From IMG/VR virus record IMGVR_UViG_3300023243_000009, positions 32,001 to 96,000 of that record: a DNA stretch of 64,000 bases. One strand, given 5' to 3'. Made by a program: the position numbers and the translations under genes. The DNA is from a virus. Shown piece after piece: positions 48,685 through 58,442 of the stretch. How positions within the stretch are numbered: the first letter of the stretch is position 1; each line of letters opens with the position of its first letter. The notes beneath the pieces are model-generated. The model did not search any database. It was not told where the DNA came from and worked only from the letters and a program-made list of their open reading frames with translations.

Positions 48685-48978
48685 CTAATTAGAGTTTATT
48701 TTTGCTAAGACACTATTCTCAGGACCTACATAATATTCCTCACCATTGTATGGTAATTTAGTAAACCCCATGGTAGGTAATACTACTATGTCACCTGTTT
48801 TTAATTGTGTAGGTAGAAGTTTACCTGAAATTGTATATCTCCCTGGACCTACAGCGATTACTTCTCCTGTTTCATTTTTTTCTTTACCTAAGTCAGGTAC
48901 AATAATTCCACCATACGTGGTTTCTTCTGCTTCTATAGGTTTAACTATAACTGCATCAAACAATGCTTCTAATGCCAT
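48685..48978 (-). CDS. groES: Co-chaperonin GroES
   Basis: TTYGGIIVPD...GEVIAVGPG...LKTGDIV. Confidence 0.95.
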   Translation of the reverse strand: MALEALFDAVIVKPIEAEETTYGGIIVPDLGKEKNETGEVIAVGPGRYTISGKLLPTQLKTGDIVVLPTMGFTKLPYNGEEYYVGPENSVLAKINSN

Positions 48979-49279
48979 CTGTGTATTTTTTAATGTTATT
49001 ACTTATTGTTATATAATTGTTTATATACTCTTCTAATGAACTTACATCTTCTATATCCGCTTTCAAATTTGAAATTTTTACTAAAGCTTGATCTAAATTT
49101 GTGAAATAATATAAAGATTTTTCATAAGTTTTTGTTTTTCCTTTGCTCCTAAAATGAGAAGAATCAGATGTTACATTTTGTTTTACTGTGTAACTATATT
49201 CATCCTTTGTTATAAAAAAGGGTTCTAATAGAGGATCAGTAATAGTTTGGATTGATTTTCTTTGTTTAACTTCAGACAT
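48956..49279 (-). CDS. Hypothetical protein
   Basis: ORF track. Confidence 0.6.
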   Translation of the reverse strand: MSEVKQRKSIQTITDPLLEPFFITKDEYSYTVKQNVTSDSSHFRSKGKTKTYEKSLYYFTNLDQALVKISNLKADIEDVSSLEEYINNYITISNNIKKYTDGIRSIV

Positions 49280-49345
49280 ATGACTTGTTTATTTAGATGT
49301 CAATATACGAAAAATAATGTGCTAAGACACGCTATTTTGGTGAAG

Positions 49346-50071
49346 TTATTCATTTCTAGCTAGAAAATATTCACTTTCTATATCTGGAGATTTGAAATCT
49401 AATTTTAAGGTAGATTTTGAAGAAAGTGTTAAGATACAGGTTTCTTGGTCTTTGTTAGCAGCGAGTATATCTTTAAATATACTAGAATTGTAAGGGATTT
49501 CTAATTCTAAATCCTTTATATCTCCACCACCAATTTGGTATGTAATTTTATTTGAAAACCCTGTATTATCTCCAAATATGAATTCACATATTGGGTTTTT
49601 ATCTAAATCAGTAGTGGTTCTGATTAGCATGTTTTCAACTTCCCCTAAAGCATTTTTTGCTTTAATTAAATGGTCAATGTCTTCACTGTTAAGTTTTAAC
49701 TTAAAATTGTAATCTTGGGGTTCGTCATACCATATATTTTTCCCTAAAATTAAAACATCAGCTAAAGAATATGTTAAATCGAAATGAGAATCTTTAATAT
49801 ATAATTTTGTAAATATAGATTTAAGTTTTTCCACCCCTAACATTAAATCCCCACTTGTAATAGACATTAGTTTTGACAATTTCCCGGTATCAAATATCCC
49901 TAATTCACCATCCCCTAATGGGAAATCTTTCAATACTACTTTACACACTTTACCTGATTCCCCTGCATATATTGTAAGTTGATTATTTTTAATTCTCCAT
50001 TTTGCTTGATTATTCAACCCATTTAAATAATACTTAGAAATTAGAGATGTTAACTTTACTTTATTAATCAT
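49346..50071 (-). CDS. Sliding clamp, gp45-like
   Basis: Size, two-domain alpha/beta pattern, position between polymerase and clamp loader. Confidence 0.7.
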   Translation of the reverse strand: MINKVKLTSLISKYYLNGLNNQAKWRIKNNQLTIYAGESGKVCKVVLKDFPLGDGELGIFDTGKLSKLMSITSGDLMLGVEKLKSIFTKLYIKDSHFDLTYSLADVLILGKNIWYDEPQDYNFKLKLNSEDIDHLIKAKNALGEVENMLIRTTTDLDKNPICEFIFGDNTGFSNKITYQIGGGDIKDLELEIPYNSSIFKDILAANKDQETCILTLSSKSTLKLDFKSPDIESEYFLARNE

Positions 50072-50110
50072 TTTATTGTTTTTTATATTAGTGAATATAC
50101 AAAAGATATT

Positions 50111-51061
50111 TTATATCTCAAAGGATTTTAACACATTTAGGTGAGGATTTAAGTTAAGTTCCCATGAAAGGTCTGAAAAGAATCCTTCTAATTTGTTAAG
50201 TAAGATAGTTTCAAAGACTCTTTGTCTATTAGCATAAAGGGTTAGAAAGTTTTGGATTTTATCAGGGATTTCATAATCAAAAAATGCTAATGCCTCTATT
50301 TTATATGGGTTATCTTTTAAGTAAATCCATTTAACTTTATCAGACATAGTAACTAAATTATAAGTTCTATCCAACTGCCACAGTCTTAATAAATCATTAT
50401 AGCGAATTGCTGCTCTAACGGGTGCTGGTGCACGTTTTTTTATTTCCGTGAAAATCTCACCGGATCTGGGGGTATTTCCTGAATATTTTTCTAGCTTTTT
50501 GACTGAGGTAGGGTTTCCCAATTTTGCTAGTGGGATTGTACCGTCTAAAATTTGTTTTTTAAAAACTTTAATCTGATCTAGAATATCAATTTTTTCACCA
50601 CCTTTAAGTACTTGGTGTAGTATATCATTAAAAAATTCTCCTAAAATAGGTGGGAAATTAGCTTTCATAAATTCCAACCCCTTAATTTCTAATTCTTCCT
50701 TAGCTATACCTTCCTTTTTAGTAATCCATTGGGCATAACGACGAGTTGCCCTAAAGTATGCAGATCGGATAACAGCTTCTGTTTTCATCTCTAATCTATG
50801 TTTATTAACTACACCATTAGGTACGTTAAAACATTCTTTAGCTAAAGTGTTATATTGGTGTGTGATTATGTCTTGATATTCTAATGCTACCCCCTCTAAT
50901 AAATCATCTTTTTTACTATCTTCTAAACCTTCAAAATTGGGGTATAAAAAGTTTAATAGGGGTTCAGCATTAATGTATACTGAGTCTGTGTCCATGTAAG
51001 CGCAATAATTTTCATCATCACTATCACAGATAAACCAAGGTGTATCTTCTAAATGTTTCAT
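50111..51061 (-). CDS. Family B DNA polymerase, C-terminal part (motif C, thumb)
   Basis: YMDTDSVY, RRYAQW, KGLE. Confidence 0.9.
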   Translation of the reverse strand: MKHLEDTPWFICDSDDENYCAYMDTDSVYINAEPLLNFLYPNFEGLEDSKKDDLLEGVALEYQDIITHQYNTLAKECFNVPNGVVNKHRLEMKTEAVIRSAYFRATRRYAQWITKKEGIAKEELEIKGLEFMKANFPPILGEFFNDILHQVLKGGEKIDILDQIKVFKKQILDGTIPLAKLGNPTSVKKLEKYSGNTPRSGEIFTEIKKRAPAPVRAAIRYNDLLRLWQLDRTYNLVTMSDKVKWIYLKDNPYKIEALAFFDYEIPDKIQNFLTLYANRQRVFETILLNKLEGFFSDLSWELNLNPHLNVLKSFEI

Positions 51062-51107
51062 AACTTATTTCTTTTCATTTGGTATTTCTACTAACATAAA
51101 CTTTAAT

Positions 51108-51371
51108 TTAAAATGATCTTTCTCCTGGGGAGAGGGGTAAATTAATGGGTTTGTTTCCATTGGAGTCTAAGTCATCTCTTCGTTCTATACTTACCTTATA
51201 TTGAACTTTATTTACATTAAAAGTACCTCCTTGTTTAATCATTTTTTTAAAAAATAATTCTTGGGGTTCAGACCAATTTTCACTTTCCTTTATTAATTCT
51301 TCCTTTGTAACTAGTTTGTTATTAGCTAAAATCATCATATTTTTTCTAATAGATTGTTTTTTTAATGTCAT
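51108..51371 (-). CDS. Hypothetical protein inserted between the polymerase halves
   Basis: ORF track; ATGA overlap with the upstream polymerase half. Confidence 0.65.
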   Translation of the reverse strand: MTLKKQSIRKNMMILANNKLVTKEELIKESENWSEPQELFFKKMIKQGGTFNVNKVQYKVSIERRDDLDSNGNKPINLPLSPGERSF

Positions 51372-53101
51372 ATTTTTAATTTTCTTTTAAACTCTGTAGC
51401 TAAATTATTATCCCTCATAAGTTTATTCATGTGTGTGTTTGCACATAACGCCGATTCCTGAATGATTCTGTGGCCAGATAATGTAATAGCTTCACTAAGG
51501 ATGGATAAATTCATTCCGTATCTAAAAGAAGGTAAAGCTGTAGCACCATAGAGTGAATTCAAGAGTATTTTCATAGTGTATTGCATTAGGTGATTGTATT
51601 CTCCAGCTTCTTTATCACCTGCTTTGTATGCTTCTTTCATACGGTTTTTATACAAAACACGTTCATCAAACCATTTTTTTAAAATAGTAGATAAAACAGA
51701 TTCTTTATCGGTTCTAAACATTGAACCATTAGCGGAGACTGCTAATTTTCCATTTTCAATTATGTTAATTAAATCTTTAACTTTGACACTAGTTTGTTGT
51801 CTCCTACCATTTTCAACTTCTAACAATTCATCTGGGTCTTTGGCTTTTAAATCATTGAGTCCTAGTCTATTGTTTCTATCATCCCCATCTATAATGCGGC
51901 CTATAAATGTTTCTTTACCTATATTTATAGTCATAATAATTGATGGATACAAAGAAGTTAAATCTTCATCAAACATATATTTATACAAACCCGCTTTAGG
52001 GCAAAATAAAAAACCACCAGCATAATTATTTTTTTTCTGTGGGTTTGGCTCTTTAGGTGGTGGAATTATACCTTTTGATAGTAAATAAGCTGAAATTGCT
52101 CCATCTTGGGTTTTACTGTTAGCATAAACTTCACTATAATTATGTTTTCCTTTATGTGATAAATTTTTGGTTAAAGATATATATTGGAGCTTTTCATCTA
52201 ATTTTTGAAGTATTTCTACGTCTCGAAAATTGTATTTTATAAAAGTATGAATATCTTTTTGGAATAATTGATCTAGATTTCCTTTATATTCAATTTTGCC
52301 TAAATTTACATACTTTGCCCCAATAGCATCTAATTTCCAACTTGGTTCATCTTTCCAACTGTATTTTTTATGTAATCTCATATAATCTAATGATTCCACA
52401 CCAATTAAATCAACATATTGATCTTGTTTATAGAAATAATCATTATTTTTCTTGACATTTACCAATCCTAAAGGAGATAACATATCCGCTAAATTTTTAC
52501 CTAACACATTACACATTCTATAATAAAGATAAGGAATGTCAAAAAAATCACTATTGTATCCCACTAAAATGTCTGGGTCTATTTCTCTAAAAAATTCTAA
52601 GAATTTATATAATAACTCTTTTTCGGTTTTAAGGGGAATTATTTTTGTATTCCCATTTTCAGTTAAAGTAACATTATTCTTTTTATCTAAAATTAAAATT
52701 ACCCATTCATCCGGGGTTTTATCCCAATAAGCGATAGAAGTAATAGGCATAGGAGCACCTTCTATATACTCTTCAGTTAAAGCCCCACCAATTTCACACT
52801 CAATATCAAAAAATAGTTCTCTATGACCTACCGAAGGAGTATCATTAATCCCATATTTCTCAATAAGGTATTTTTGTTCCGCTTTCATTTTATTAAAATG
52901 TAGATTAGGTGTATTTTTATCCCATTTTTGAATTTTTTTCAAGGATTCACCACTTAAACCTTTATAATTACCATCCCCAGGAGAACATACTTGGTAAGCA
53001 TAATCATACCATTCTATTTCATCGTAACCCGCTTCATCCCATAAGTGGATTTTATATTTATTGTTTCCTAATCTAGTAGAATAACATTTTTTATAAGACA
53101 T
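51368..53101 (-). CDS. Family B DNA polymerase, N-terminal part (3'-5' exonuclease, motifs A and B)
   Basis: FDIECE, GYNSDFFDIPY, YNFRDV, DLTSLYPS, KILLNSLYG. Confidence 0.92.
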   Translation of the reverse strand: MSYKKCYSTRLGNNKYKIHLWDEAGYDEIEWYDYAYQVCSPGDGNYKGLSGESLKKIQKWDKNTPNLHFNKMKAEQKYLIEKYGINDTPSVGHRELFFDIECEIGGALTEEYIEGAPMPITSIAYWDKTPDEWVILILDKKNNVTLTENGNTKIIPLKTEKELLYKFLEFFREIDPDILVGYNSDFFDIPYLYYRMCNVLGKNLADMLSPLGLVNVKKNNDYFYKQDQYVDLIGVESLDYMRLHKKYSWKDEPSWKLDAIGAKYVNLGKIEYKGNLDQLFQKDIHTFIKYNFRDVEILQKLDEKLQYISLTKNLSHKGKHNYSEVYANSKTQDGAISAYLLSKGIIPPPKEPNPQKKNNYAGGFLFCPKAGLYKYMFDEDLTSLYPSIIMTINIGKETFIGRIIDGDDRNNRLGLNDLKAKDPDELLEVENGRRQQTSVKVKDLINIIENGKLAVSANGSMFRTDKESVLSTILKKWFDERVLYKNRMKEAYKAGDKEAGEYNHLMQYTMKILLNSLYGATALPSFRYGMNLSILSEAITLSGHRIIQESALCANTHMNKLMRDNNLATEFKRKLKI

Positions 53102-53131
53102 TGTAAAACTTTTATTTTATTAAATATAACA

Positions 53132-53150
53132 AGGCTCCCTTAAGGAGCCT
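53132..53150 (-). terminator. Hairpin, probable terminator
   Basis: AGGCTCC-CTTAA-GGAGCCT. Confidence 0.55.
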
Positions 53151-53159
53151 AGTTTTTAT

Positions 53160-53720
53160 TTATTGGTTTGTATCTGATTTTAGATAATCTTTATCTAATT
53201 CCTCTTGTGTAAAGAATTGTCTTAGATCAGGTCGGAAGTATGAAATTGATTTCATGACCTTTCTATCTCTTGTTCTATATACTACGAATCTACCACCGAC
53301 TTTTTCGAAATGACATGACTCAAACTGTTCTTCGCTTCTTTTGGTGACAGTATCCATGGCTTCTTCCTCAGTTGCACAAGTTTTTGACATATTACTTGCC
53401 TGTACCTCTTGATACGCGGGCCATATCTTATCCTTAAGACCGTGTAGCATAGTAGCGTTCCCCAAGGTAACATAAGTAATATCACAAATAGCATCCAAAA
53501 CTTCCACGATGTTTCCACTTTCGCAAGCTTCTCTATATTCTTCAAGTTCTTCGAGTACGAAGTCGTAAACAAATTGCCATTCTTTTTTTTCGGGGATGAT
53601 TGATTCATAAGCATTTGGTTTTCCGAATGTGTGGTTAAAAATTTCTACTTCATTTACAAAGGGCACGTCAGCTATACTATTAGGGGAATAATAAAACCCA
53701 AAATCTAATTGTTTCCCCAT
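53160..53720 (-). CDS. MazG-like / PRA-PH-type NTP pyrophosphohydrolase
   Basis: EELEEYREA...EVLDAICDITYV...EVQASNMSK. Confidence 0.85.
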   Translation of the reverse strand: MGKQLDFGFYYSPNSIADVPFVNEVEIFNHTFGKPNAYESIIPEKKEWQFVYDFVLEELEEYREACESGNIVEVLDAICDITYVTLGNATMLHGLKDKIWPAYQEVQASNMSKTCATEEEAMDTVTKRSEEQFESCHFEKVGGRFVVYRTRDRKVMKSISYFRPDLRQFFTQEELDKDYLKSDTNQ

Positions 53721-53917
53721 TAAGCTATTATTTTTATAATTTTGGTTTTTACTATTTTATCTACTGTAAAATTGCTCTCACCCTCAAAGTCTTTGTACAC
53801 TTTGGATTCCGCATCTGTTGGTGAAATTGCTTCCACTAAATACTTTTCAGTAACTCTTTGTATTTTACCTTGTTCGTTTTCTAATGTAAGTTTTACATCT
53901 ACTTGCCAATAATTCAT
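53720..53917 (-). CDS. DUF4494-like protein
   Basis: VTEKYLVEAISPTDAE, resembling the Bacteroidota DUF4494 family. Confidence 0.65.
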   Translation of the reverse strand: MNYWQVDVKLTLENEQGKIQRVTEKYLVEAISPTDAESKVYKDFEGESNFTVDKIVKTKIIKIIA

Positions 53918-53945
53918 AATCTACTTGTTTTTAGTTTTTATTTAT

Positions 53946-54380
53946 TTAAAAAAATGTTTGATTTGGAGCTTCAACTTTAACAGCATCACCCAAATAATCT
54001 TGTATGTGGTTACTATCTGTTTTCTCCCAAGGGTAGATAAGCCACTCATCTCCTTTATGCTCCTCAGCCCATATTGTGGGTTTAAAACTACTAGTGTGGG
54101 GTTTATAGTGTAGTACTGCTGTATACACACCCGGTGAGTTATTTAATGTTGTTCCACTATCAGCAATATCATCTATTACTAAAGTATTAGGACCTACTAC
54201 GTATACATAAGGTAAATCTAACATATGTGAAACCATTACAGCAGGGATTAAACCTCCCCTAGCAATACCGTGTACTGAATCTATGTTTGGTGTCTCAGTT
54301 ATAATCTTCTCACATAATGTTTTAACTAATGTTTCTACATCACCCCAACTTAATATTAACTTATTATCTACCTTTAACAT
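53946..54380 (-). CDS. Type I phosphoribosyltransferase (purine PRT-like)
   Basis: ARGGLIPA and LVIDDIADSGTTL PRPP-binding motif; WLIYPWE. Confidence 0.9.
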   Translation of the reverse strand: MLKVDNKLILSWGDVETLVKTLCEKIITETPNIDSVHGIARGGLIPAVMVSHMLDLPYVYVVGPNTLVIDDIADSGTTLNNSPGVYTAVLHYKPHTSSFKPTIWAEEHKGDEWLIYPWEKTDSNHIQDYLGDAVKVEAPNQTFF

Positions 54381-55078
54381 GATTTTAAATATTTAAATTT
54401 ACTATTCTCGTCTTTCAACATAATATACATTTTCCTTTTATGTATTCCAAATTTTTCCATACATTTTTTAACTGAGGGGTATATTTCTCCAGTTTCTATA
54501 TTTTTAATATATTTACCTGTTTTTGGTCCTGCTCCTAATTTTAATTTTCCTTTACCCCCGGCACCAGGTTTAGGTTTTCCTCTTTGCTTCCAACAGGGTT
54601 TACCTTTTCTTTTACTAGGTATTCCCTTTTTTCCTAAACTTATATTCTTTTTATGTTCCTTTGTTTTAGGTTTTCCGAGCAATGCCTTACTTATTTTGGG
54701 TTTTTTAAGACCTTGAAGGGCTTCACTAACTAGAGGGTATGTTTTACCAGTTCGAGATTTGGAGATTTGCTTCCCTCTATTTAAATACTTTTGTGTTTTC
54801 GTAGGACCTCCGTCGCTCCCATAACTTTTATTAGTTAAATTATAAAAAAGAGGGTTATCCTTGGTATTATAATATTCTAACCAATAAACCTCTTTAATCT
54901 TTAAATCCTCAATAGATAAGCAAGTTTCAATTGTTTTTTTGATGAAATTATTTTTACCATACTTTTGAATATCTTCTTTTAAAAGAACCCCCCCACCTAA
55001 ATAGTAGGGGGAGTTATTTCTATCTTTACCTATATATTTCTTACCATTTACCAGATTAGTTGTTTCGTATATAATCAT
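54374..55078 (-). CDS. Free-standing GIY-YIG homing endonuclease with NUMOD3-like repeats
   Basis: IIYETTNLVNGKKYIG, YLGGG, FYNLT, HKKNISLGKKG. Confidence 0.85.
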   Translation of the reverse strand: MIIYETTNLVNGKKYIGKDRNNSPYYLGGGVLLKEDIQKYGKNNFIKKTIETCLSIEDLKIKEVYWLEYYNTKDNPLFYNLTNKSYGSDGGPTKTQKYLNRGKQISKSRTGKTYPLVSEALQGLKKPKISKALLGKPKTKEHKKNISLGKKGIPSKRKGKPCWKQRGKPKPGAGGKGKLKLGAGPKTGKYIKNIETGEIYPSVKKCMEKFGIHKRKMYIMLKDENSKFKYLKSC

Positions 55079-55143
55079 AATTTTTGTTATACATATATGA
55101 AACCCTAAGGAGAGTAATAAAAGTATACTAAGGGTTTAATTTA

Positions 55144-55845
55144 TTAATGACTATCTTTTAAATTATTAGCCATTGCAATAGAGTCGAAGTATTCTTTTCT
55201 TACTTCTGGTTTTTCCCTAAATACACCTGAGAGTTCATTGGTGACCATTGATGCTCCTCTATGTCCTGTACCTCTACATGATACACAGGAATGTGATGCT
55301 ATAATTGAAACTGCAACTCCGATATTTCCCTCGCATATCTTATTTATAGCCTGATGGATAGCCACAGTTAATTGTTCTTGAATTGCACCTCTACGTCCAA
55401 AGTGTTCTACAAGACGATTTAATTTACTTAAACCCACAACTTGACCCCCTTCACCCGGGATGTATCCTATATGGACTCTACCTAATATAGATTCGTGGTG
55501 GTGACTACACATACTTGTTAAAGGTATATTACATTCCAAAACCATCCCCTGATAACCATCTGAGGGGAAAGATGTAATTGAGGGTGGGGAATTATATCTC
55601 CCAGCCCATTGTTCTAAAACATATTTTTTAGCAATACGTTTTGGTGTTTCCATTGAATTTGGATCGTTTCTCCAATCGCATCTTAATGCATCTAGAAACT
55701 GACCGAATGCCGAGGCGGCATCCTCTATCATTTGTTGTTTTTCTAAATGGGATAAGGGAAAACCAGAGGCAACACCATTAGCAAATCCTTCTTTTACCAC
55801 TTCTAACTCTTCGTGGATTTTTCTTCTATCGTTAACATTGCTCAT
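55144..55845 (-). CDS. folE: GTP cyclohydrolase I
   Basis: SMCSHHH, VVGLSKLNR, IQEQLT, HSCVSCRG. Confidence 0.95.
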   Translation of the reverse strand: MSNVNDRRKIHEELEVVKEGFANGVASGFPLSHLEKQQMIEDAASAFGQFLDALRCDWRNDPNSMETPKRIAKKYVLEQWAGRYNSPPSITSFPSDGYQGMVLECNIPLTSMCSHHHESILGRVHIGYIPGEGGQVVGLSKLNRLVEHFGRRGAIQEQLTVAIHQAINKICEGNIGVAVSIIASHSCVSCRGTGHRGASMVTNELSGVFREKPEVRKEYFDSIAMANNLKDSH

Positions 55846-55969
55846 TTATATAACTTTTTATTTTATCTATTAAAACTAATACATCATCGGGGTCCATTGT
55901 TATTGCACAACAGACGTTAATATTCTCCTCTATTTCCTCCAATATACGAAGGGCTTCTTGCTTATCCAA
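55832..55969 (-). CDS. Small hypothetical protein (TTG start, 45 aa)
   Basis: Hand-translated (M)DKQEALRILEEIEENINVCCAITMDPDDVLVLIDKIKSYINEQC. Confidence 0.45.
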   Translation of the reverse strand: MDKQEALRILEEIEENINVCCAITMDPDDVLVLIDKIKSYINEQC

Positions 55970-55993
55970 ATTAATTGTTGTATTTAAACATTA

Positions 55994-56881
55994 TCATACG
56001 CATCGGTCTTGCTCAAATGCTATAATGTGTGGGCGCCAAGTCATGCGGTATCCGTTATCTCTAACCCAATCAAATACTAAAGGGTATGATTGAAATAATC
56101 CCTCCCTTGTATCACCACTAGGCATAAACCACACTTTTTCTTTAATCCAGTCATTCATCTCATCTACTGTATAAGCATCAGTCCAAGATGTTGTCCCGTA
56201 AGTTCTTTCATGTAATTTTTCTACTAACTGATTGATGAATTCTTTTATTTCAGCTAAAGCCACTTCATCTTTTCCGTCCCATACAGGTTTTAAATGGAAA
56301 TCTTGATGATAAACTATCGAATCAGCAATTGCATCTATATTTAACCTAAGTTTATTATGTTGTTTTATCATTTTTTCATCCGTAATACCACCTTGAGGTG
56401 TTCTAACACCAACAACGGGGACACTATTACTAAACTTAGGACTAATGCTAAGCAAATGAATAGGATAATCGGTAGCAAGAAAATGAGATCCCTCAGTTTC
56501 AATAGTAATATAAATATTTTTTTCATGTGCAAAATGTGTTAATTCATTTACTAAAGCAGCATGCATAGTAGGAGAACCCCCAGTAAGCATCATTTCTTTG
56601 ATGTGGGGATTATCTTTATACATATCAATTATAGATTGGAAATTGTAAATTCCTTTCTCGGGGTGTATCGATGTATAAAAAGAATCGCACCATCCACCTT
56701 CACCAAAATAACATCTGTGGGTACATCCTGTTGTACGTATAACTACTGTTGGGTATCCTGCTCTAGATCCTTCTGATTGTACAGCGGTGTAAACTTCTAC
56801 AATAGGTAAAACCTTATCATAGTCTGGTAATCGTTTTAATTGTTTTTGTTCCATAATTTTTTTAAGTGGTTTTTGTTTCAC
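55994..56881 (-). CDS. queE: 7-carboxy-7-deazaguanine synthase (radical SAM)
   Basis: QSEG, RTTGCTHRC...WCDS, LTGGSP, IETEG, SPK; adjacent to queD and folE. Confidence 0.9.
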   Translation of the reverse strand: MKQKPLKKIMEQKQLKRLPDYDKVLPIVEVYTAVQSEGSRAGYPTVVIRTTGCTHRCYFGEGGWCDSFYTSIHPEKGIYNFQSIIDMYKDNPHIKEMMLTGGSPTMHAALVNELTHFAHEKNIYITIETEGSHFLATDYPIHLLSISPKFSNSVPVVGVRTPQGGITDEKMIKQHNKLRLNIDAIADSIVYHQDFHLKPVWDGKDEVALAEIKEFINQLVEKLHERTYGTTSWTDAYTVDEMNDWIKEKVWFMPSGDTREGLFQSYPLVFDWVRDNGYRMTWRPHIIAFEQDRCV

Positions 56882-56887
56882 TATTTT

Positions 56888-57352
56888 TTATTCGCAATAA
56901 TAGGCAGCATTTTTTCCATGTTCCATGAACTTCACCTTAGTAACCCTAACTCTATTAAACGTTTCTGTTTTAACAAATACATTTAATTTACCAAAGATAT
57001 ACTCTGCGAATTTTTCTGCTCCTGTAGAAGGTATTACTCTTACCTGAGCAACTCCTGCTTCTCCCATTTGTTTAAATGCTTCTACTTCAGGATCATCTTC
57101 TGCTACAATCAAGGTATGATCGAAAGTATAATCCATCCAAGCTTTTGGTTGTTTACCATCAATTAAAGTAGATGCGCGTTTCATTCCACCGAAATCCCAA
57201 ACCCAATTCCTATCGTCTAATTCACCCTCAAAGTAAACTTTGAATGAAATTCCATAACCGTGTATGAATTTACACATTGTACCCTCTGCTCTCCATTGAC
57301 GGAATACAGTGCTGAATCCGTCGAATACTTTACTTGATTGAAATTTACCCAT
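56888..57352 (-). CDS. queD: 6-carboxy-5,6,7,8-tetrahydropterin synthase
   Basis: CKFIHGY, WVWDFG, FDHTL, STGAEKFAEY. Confidence 0.88.
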   Translation of the reverse strand: MGKFQSSKVFDGFSTVFRQWRAEGTMCKFIHGYGISFKVYFEGELDDRNWVWDFGGMKRASTLIDGKQPKAWMDYTFDHTLIVAEDDPEVEAFKQMGEAGVAQVRVIPSTGAEKFAEYIFGKLNVFVKTETFNRVRVTKVKFMEHGKNAAYYCE

Positions 57353-57596
57353 TATAGAAGTTTTGAATTGCTTGTTCTGTATTTAACCCTAATAATCTAT
57401 CTTTTGCTTCACCATTTTCTAGTAAGACTAGAGTGGGGATGTTTCGTATTGCGTATTTCGCCGTAAGCTCGGTATTTTGGTCTACATCAACTTTTTTGAA
57501 GTTGATTTTTCCTTCGGATTGTAATTTTTCCATTCGGGGTGCTAACTGTTTACATGGTCCACACCAGGTCCCTGTGAAGTACAATATTTCTCTCAT
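57345..57596 (-). CDS. trxA: Thioredoxin
   Basis: WCGPC active site; IPTL. Confidence 0.9.
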   Translation of the reverse strand: MREILYFTGTWCGPCKQLAPRMEKLQSEGKINFKKVDVDQNTELTAKYAIRNIPTLVLLENGEAKDRLLGLNTEQAIQNFYNG

Positions 57597-57621
57597 TTTT
57601 AGTTATTTAATTTATTTTGGT

Positions 57622-57786
57622 TTATACTAATTCTTCTACTATTCCTATTCCTTCACTTAATATAAGTAAACCTACTGCGAAATCCAAACTATAACATAAA
57701 GAAATGTAACCTAAGATACGGATACATGACTTAGTGAAGTTAATTCTTTGGTGAAGGTGGTCATTTGGGTTTTTTTGGTTGTTCAT
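57622..57786 (-). CDS. Small membrane protein (54 aa)
   Basis: Hand-translated MNNQKNPNDHLHQRINFTKSCIRILGY...EGIGIVEELV. Confidence 0.6.
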   Translation of the reverse strand: MNNQKNPNDHLHQRINFTKSCIRILGYISLCYSLDFAVGLLILSEGIGIVEELV

Positions 57787-57807
57787 AATTTATGTGTTAA
57801 TATACAA

Positions 57808-57835
57808 AAGAAGACTCGCATTGGCAAGTCTTCTT
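57808..57835 (-). terminator. Hairpin overlapping a promoter core at the end of the tRNA region
   Basis: AAGAAGACT-N10-AGTCTTCTT next to TTTGTATATT. Confidence 0.55.
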
Positions 57836-57869
57836 ATACATTTATTTGAGATATTGGATAAAATTATTG

Positions 57870-57942
57870 TGGTCCGTATAGGAATCGAACCTATGACCTT
57901 TTCGTTATGAGCGAACTTCTCTACCAGCTGAGATAACGGACC
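57870..57942 (-). tRNA. tRNA-Met/Ile2 (CAT)
   Basis: Cloverleaf, loop CTCATAA. Confidence 0.85.
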
Positions 57943-58004
57943 TTGCCTTTTTTAGAGTTTTTAGGATAGAACTCAAGGACAGAACGACCTGTAAAACTAT
58001 TTAG

Positions 58005-58075
58005 AAGCGGATTGAGGACTCGAACCTCGCCTCAGGGTTATGAGCCCTACATGCTGCCAATTACACCAAACCGCA
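58005..58075 (-). tRNA. tRNA-fMet (CAT)
   Basis: GGG/CCC anticodon stem, 1:72 mismatch. Confidence 0.8.
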
Positions 58076-58078
58076 ATT

Positions 58079-58153
58079 TGGCGGTCTATGAGGGTTTCGA
58101 TCCCTCTACTCTACCGTGACAGGGTAGCATGATAGCCAGTTCACAAATAGACC
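58079..58153 (-). tRNA. tRNA-Asp (GTC), CCA encoded
   Basis: Cloverleaf, loop CTGTCAC. Confidence 0.9.
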
Positions 58154-58369
58154 GGTTTTGCTTAGTGAGATTACTAAGCTAGATTTTAACGGTTTTATTT
58201 CCTTTCAAACAAACTCATAAGTGTCTTACCACATGAAACAAAGTCAAATTACTGGGAGACTCTATTACCCGTCTTTATTCCTCAGAGAGCGGCGTTAAGG
58301 ATGTCCACTCTAGTACCCCCATTTTGTTTATAGACTCCATGGATGTCTGTAAGTATCTCTTACTTATTG

Positions 58370-58442
58370 TGGAGTAGATGGGACTCGAACCCACATACTT
58401 TACCTTGCAAAGGTACTGCTAAGCCAATTTAGCTACAACCCC
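58370..58442 (-). tRNA. tRNA-Ala (TGC)
   Basis: Loop TTTGCAA, G3:U70. Confidence 0.9.

Noticed and set aside
50111-53101. Intein or group I intron explaining the polymerase split
   Set aside because: No Cys/Ser...His-Asn intein ends, both halves have their own start and stop, and the intervening ORF has no endonuclease motif. An intron cannot be fully excluded without RNA data.
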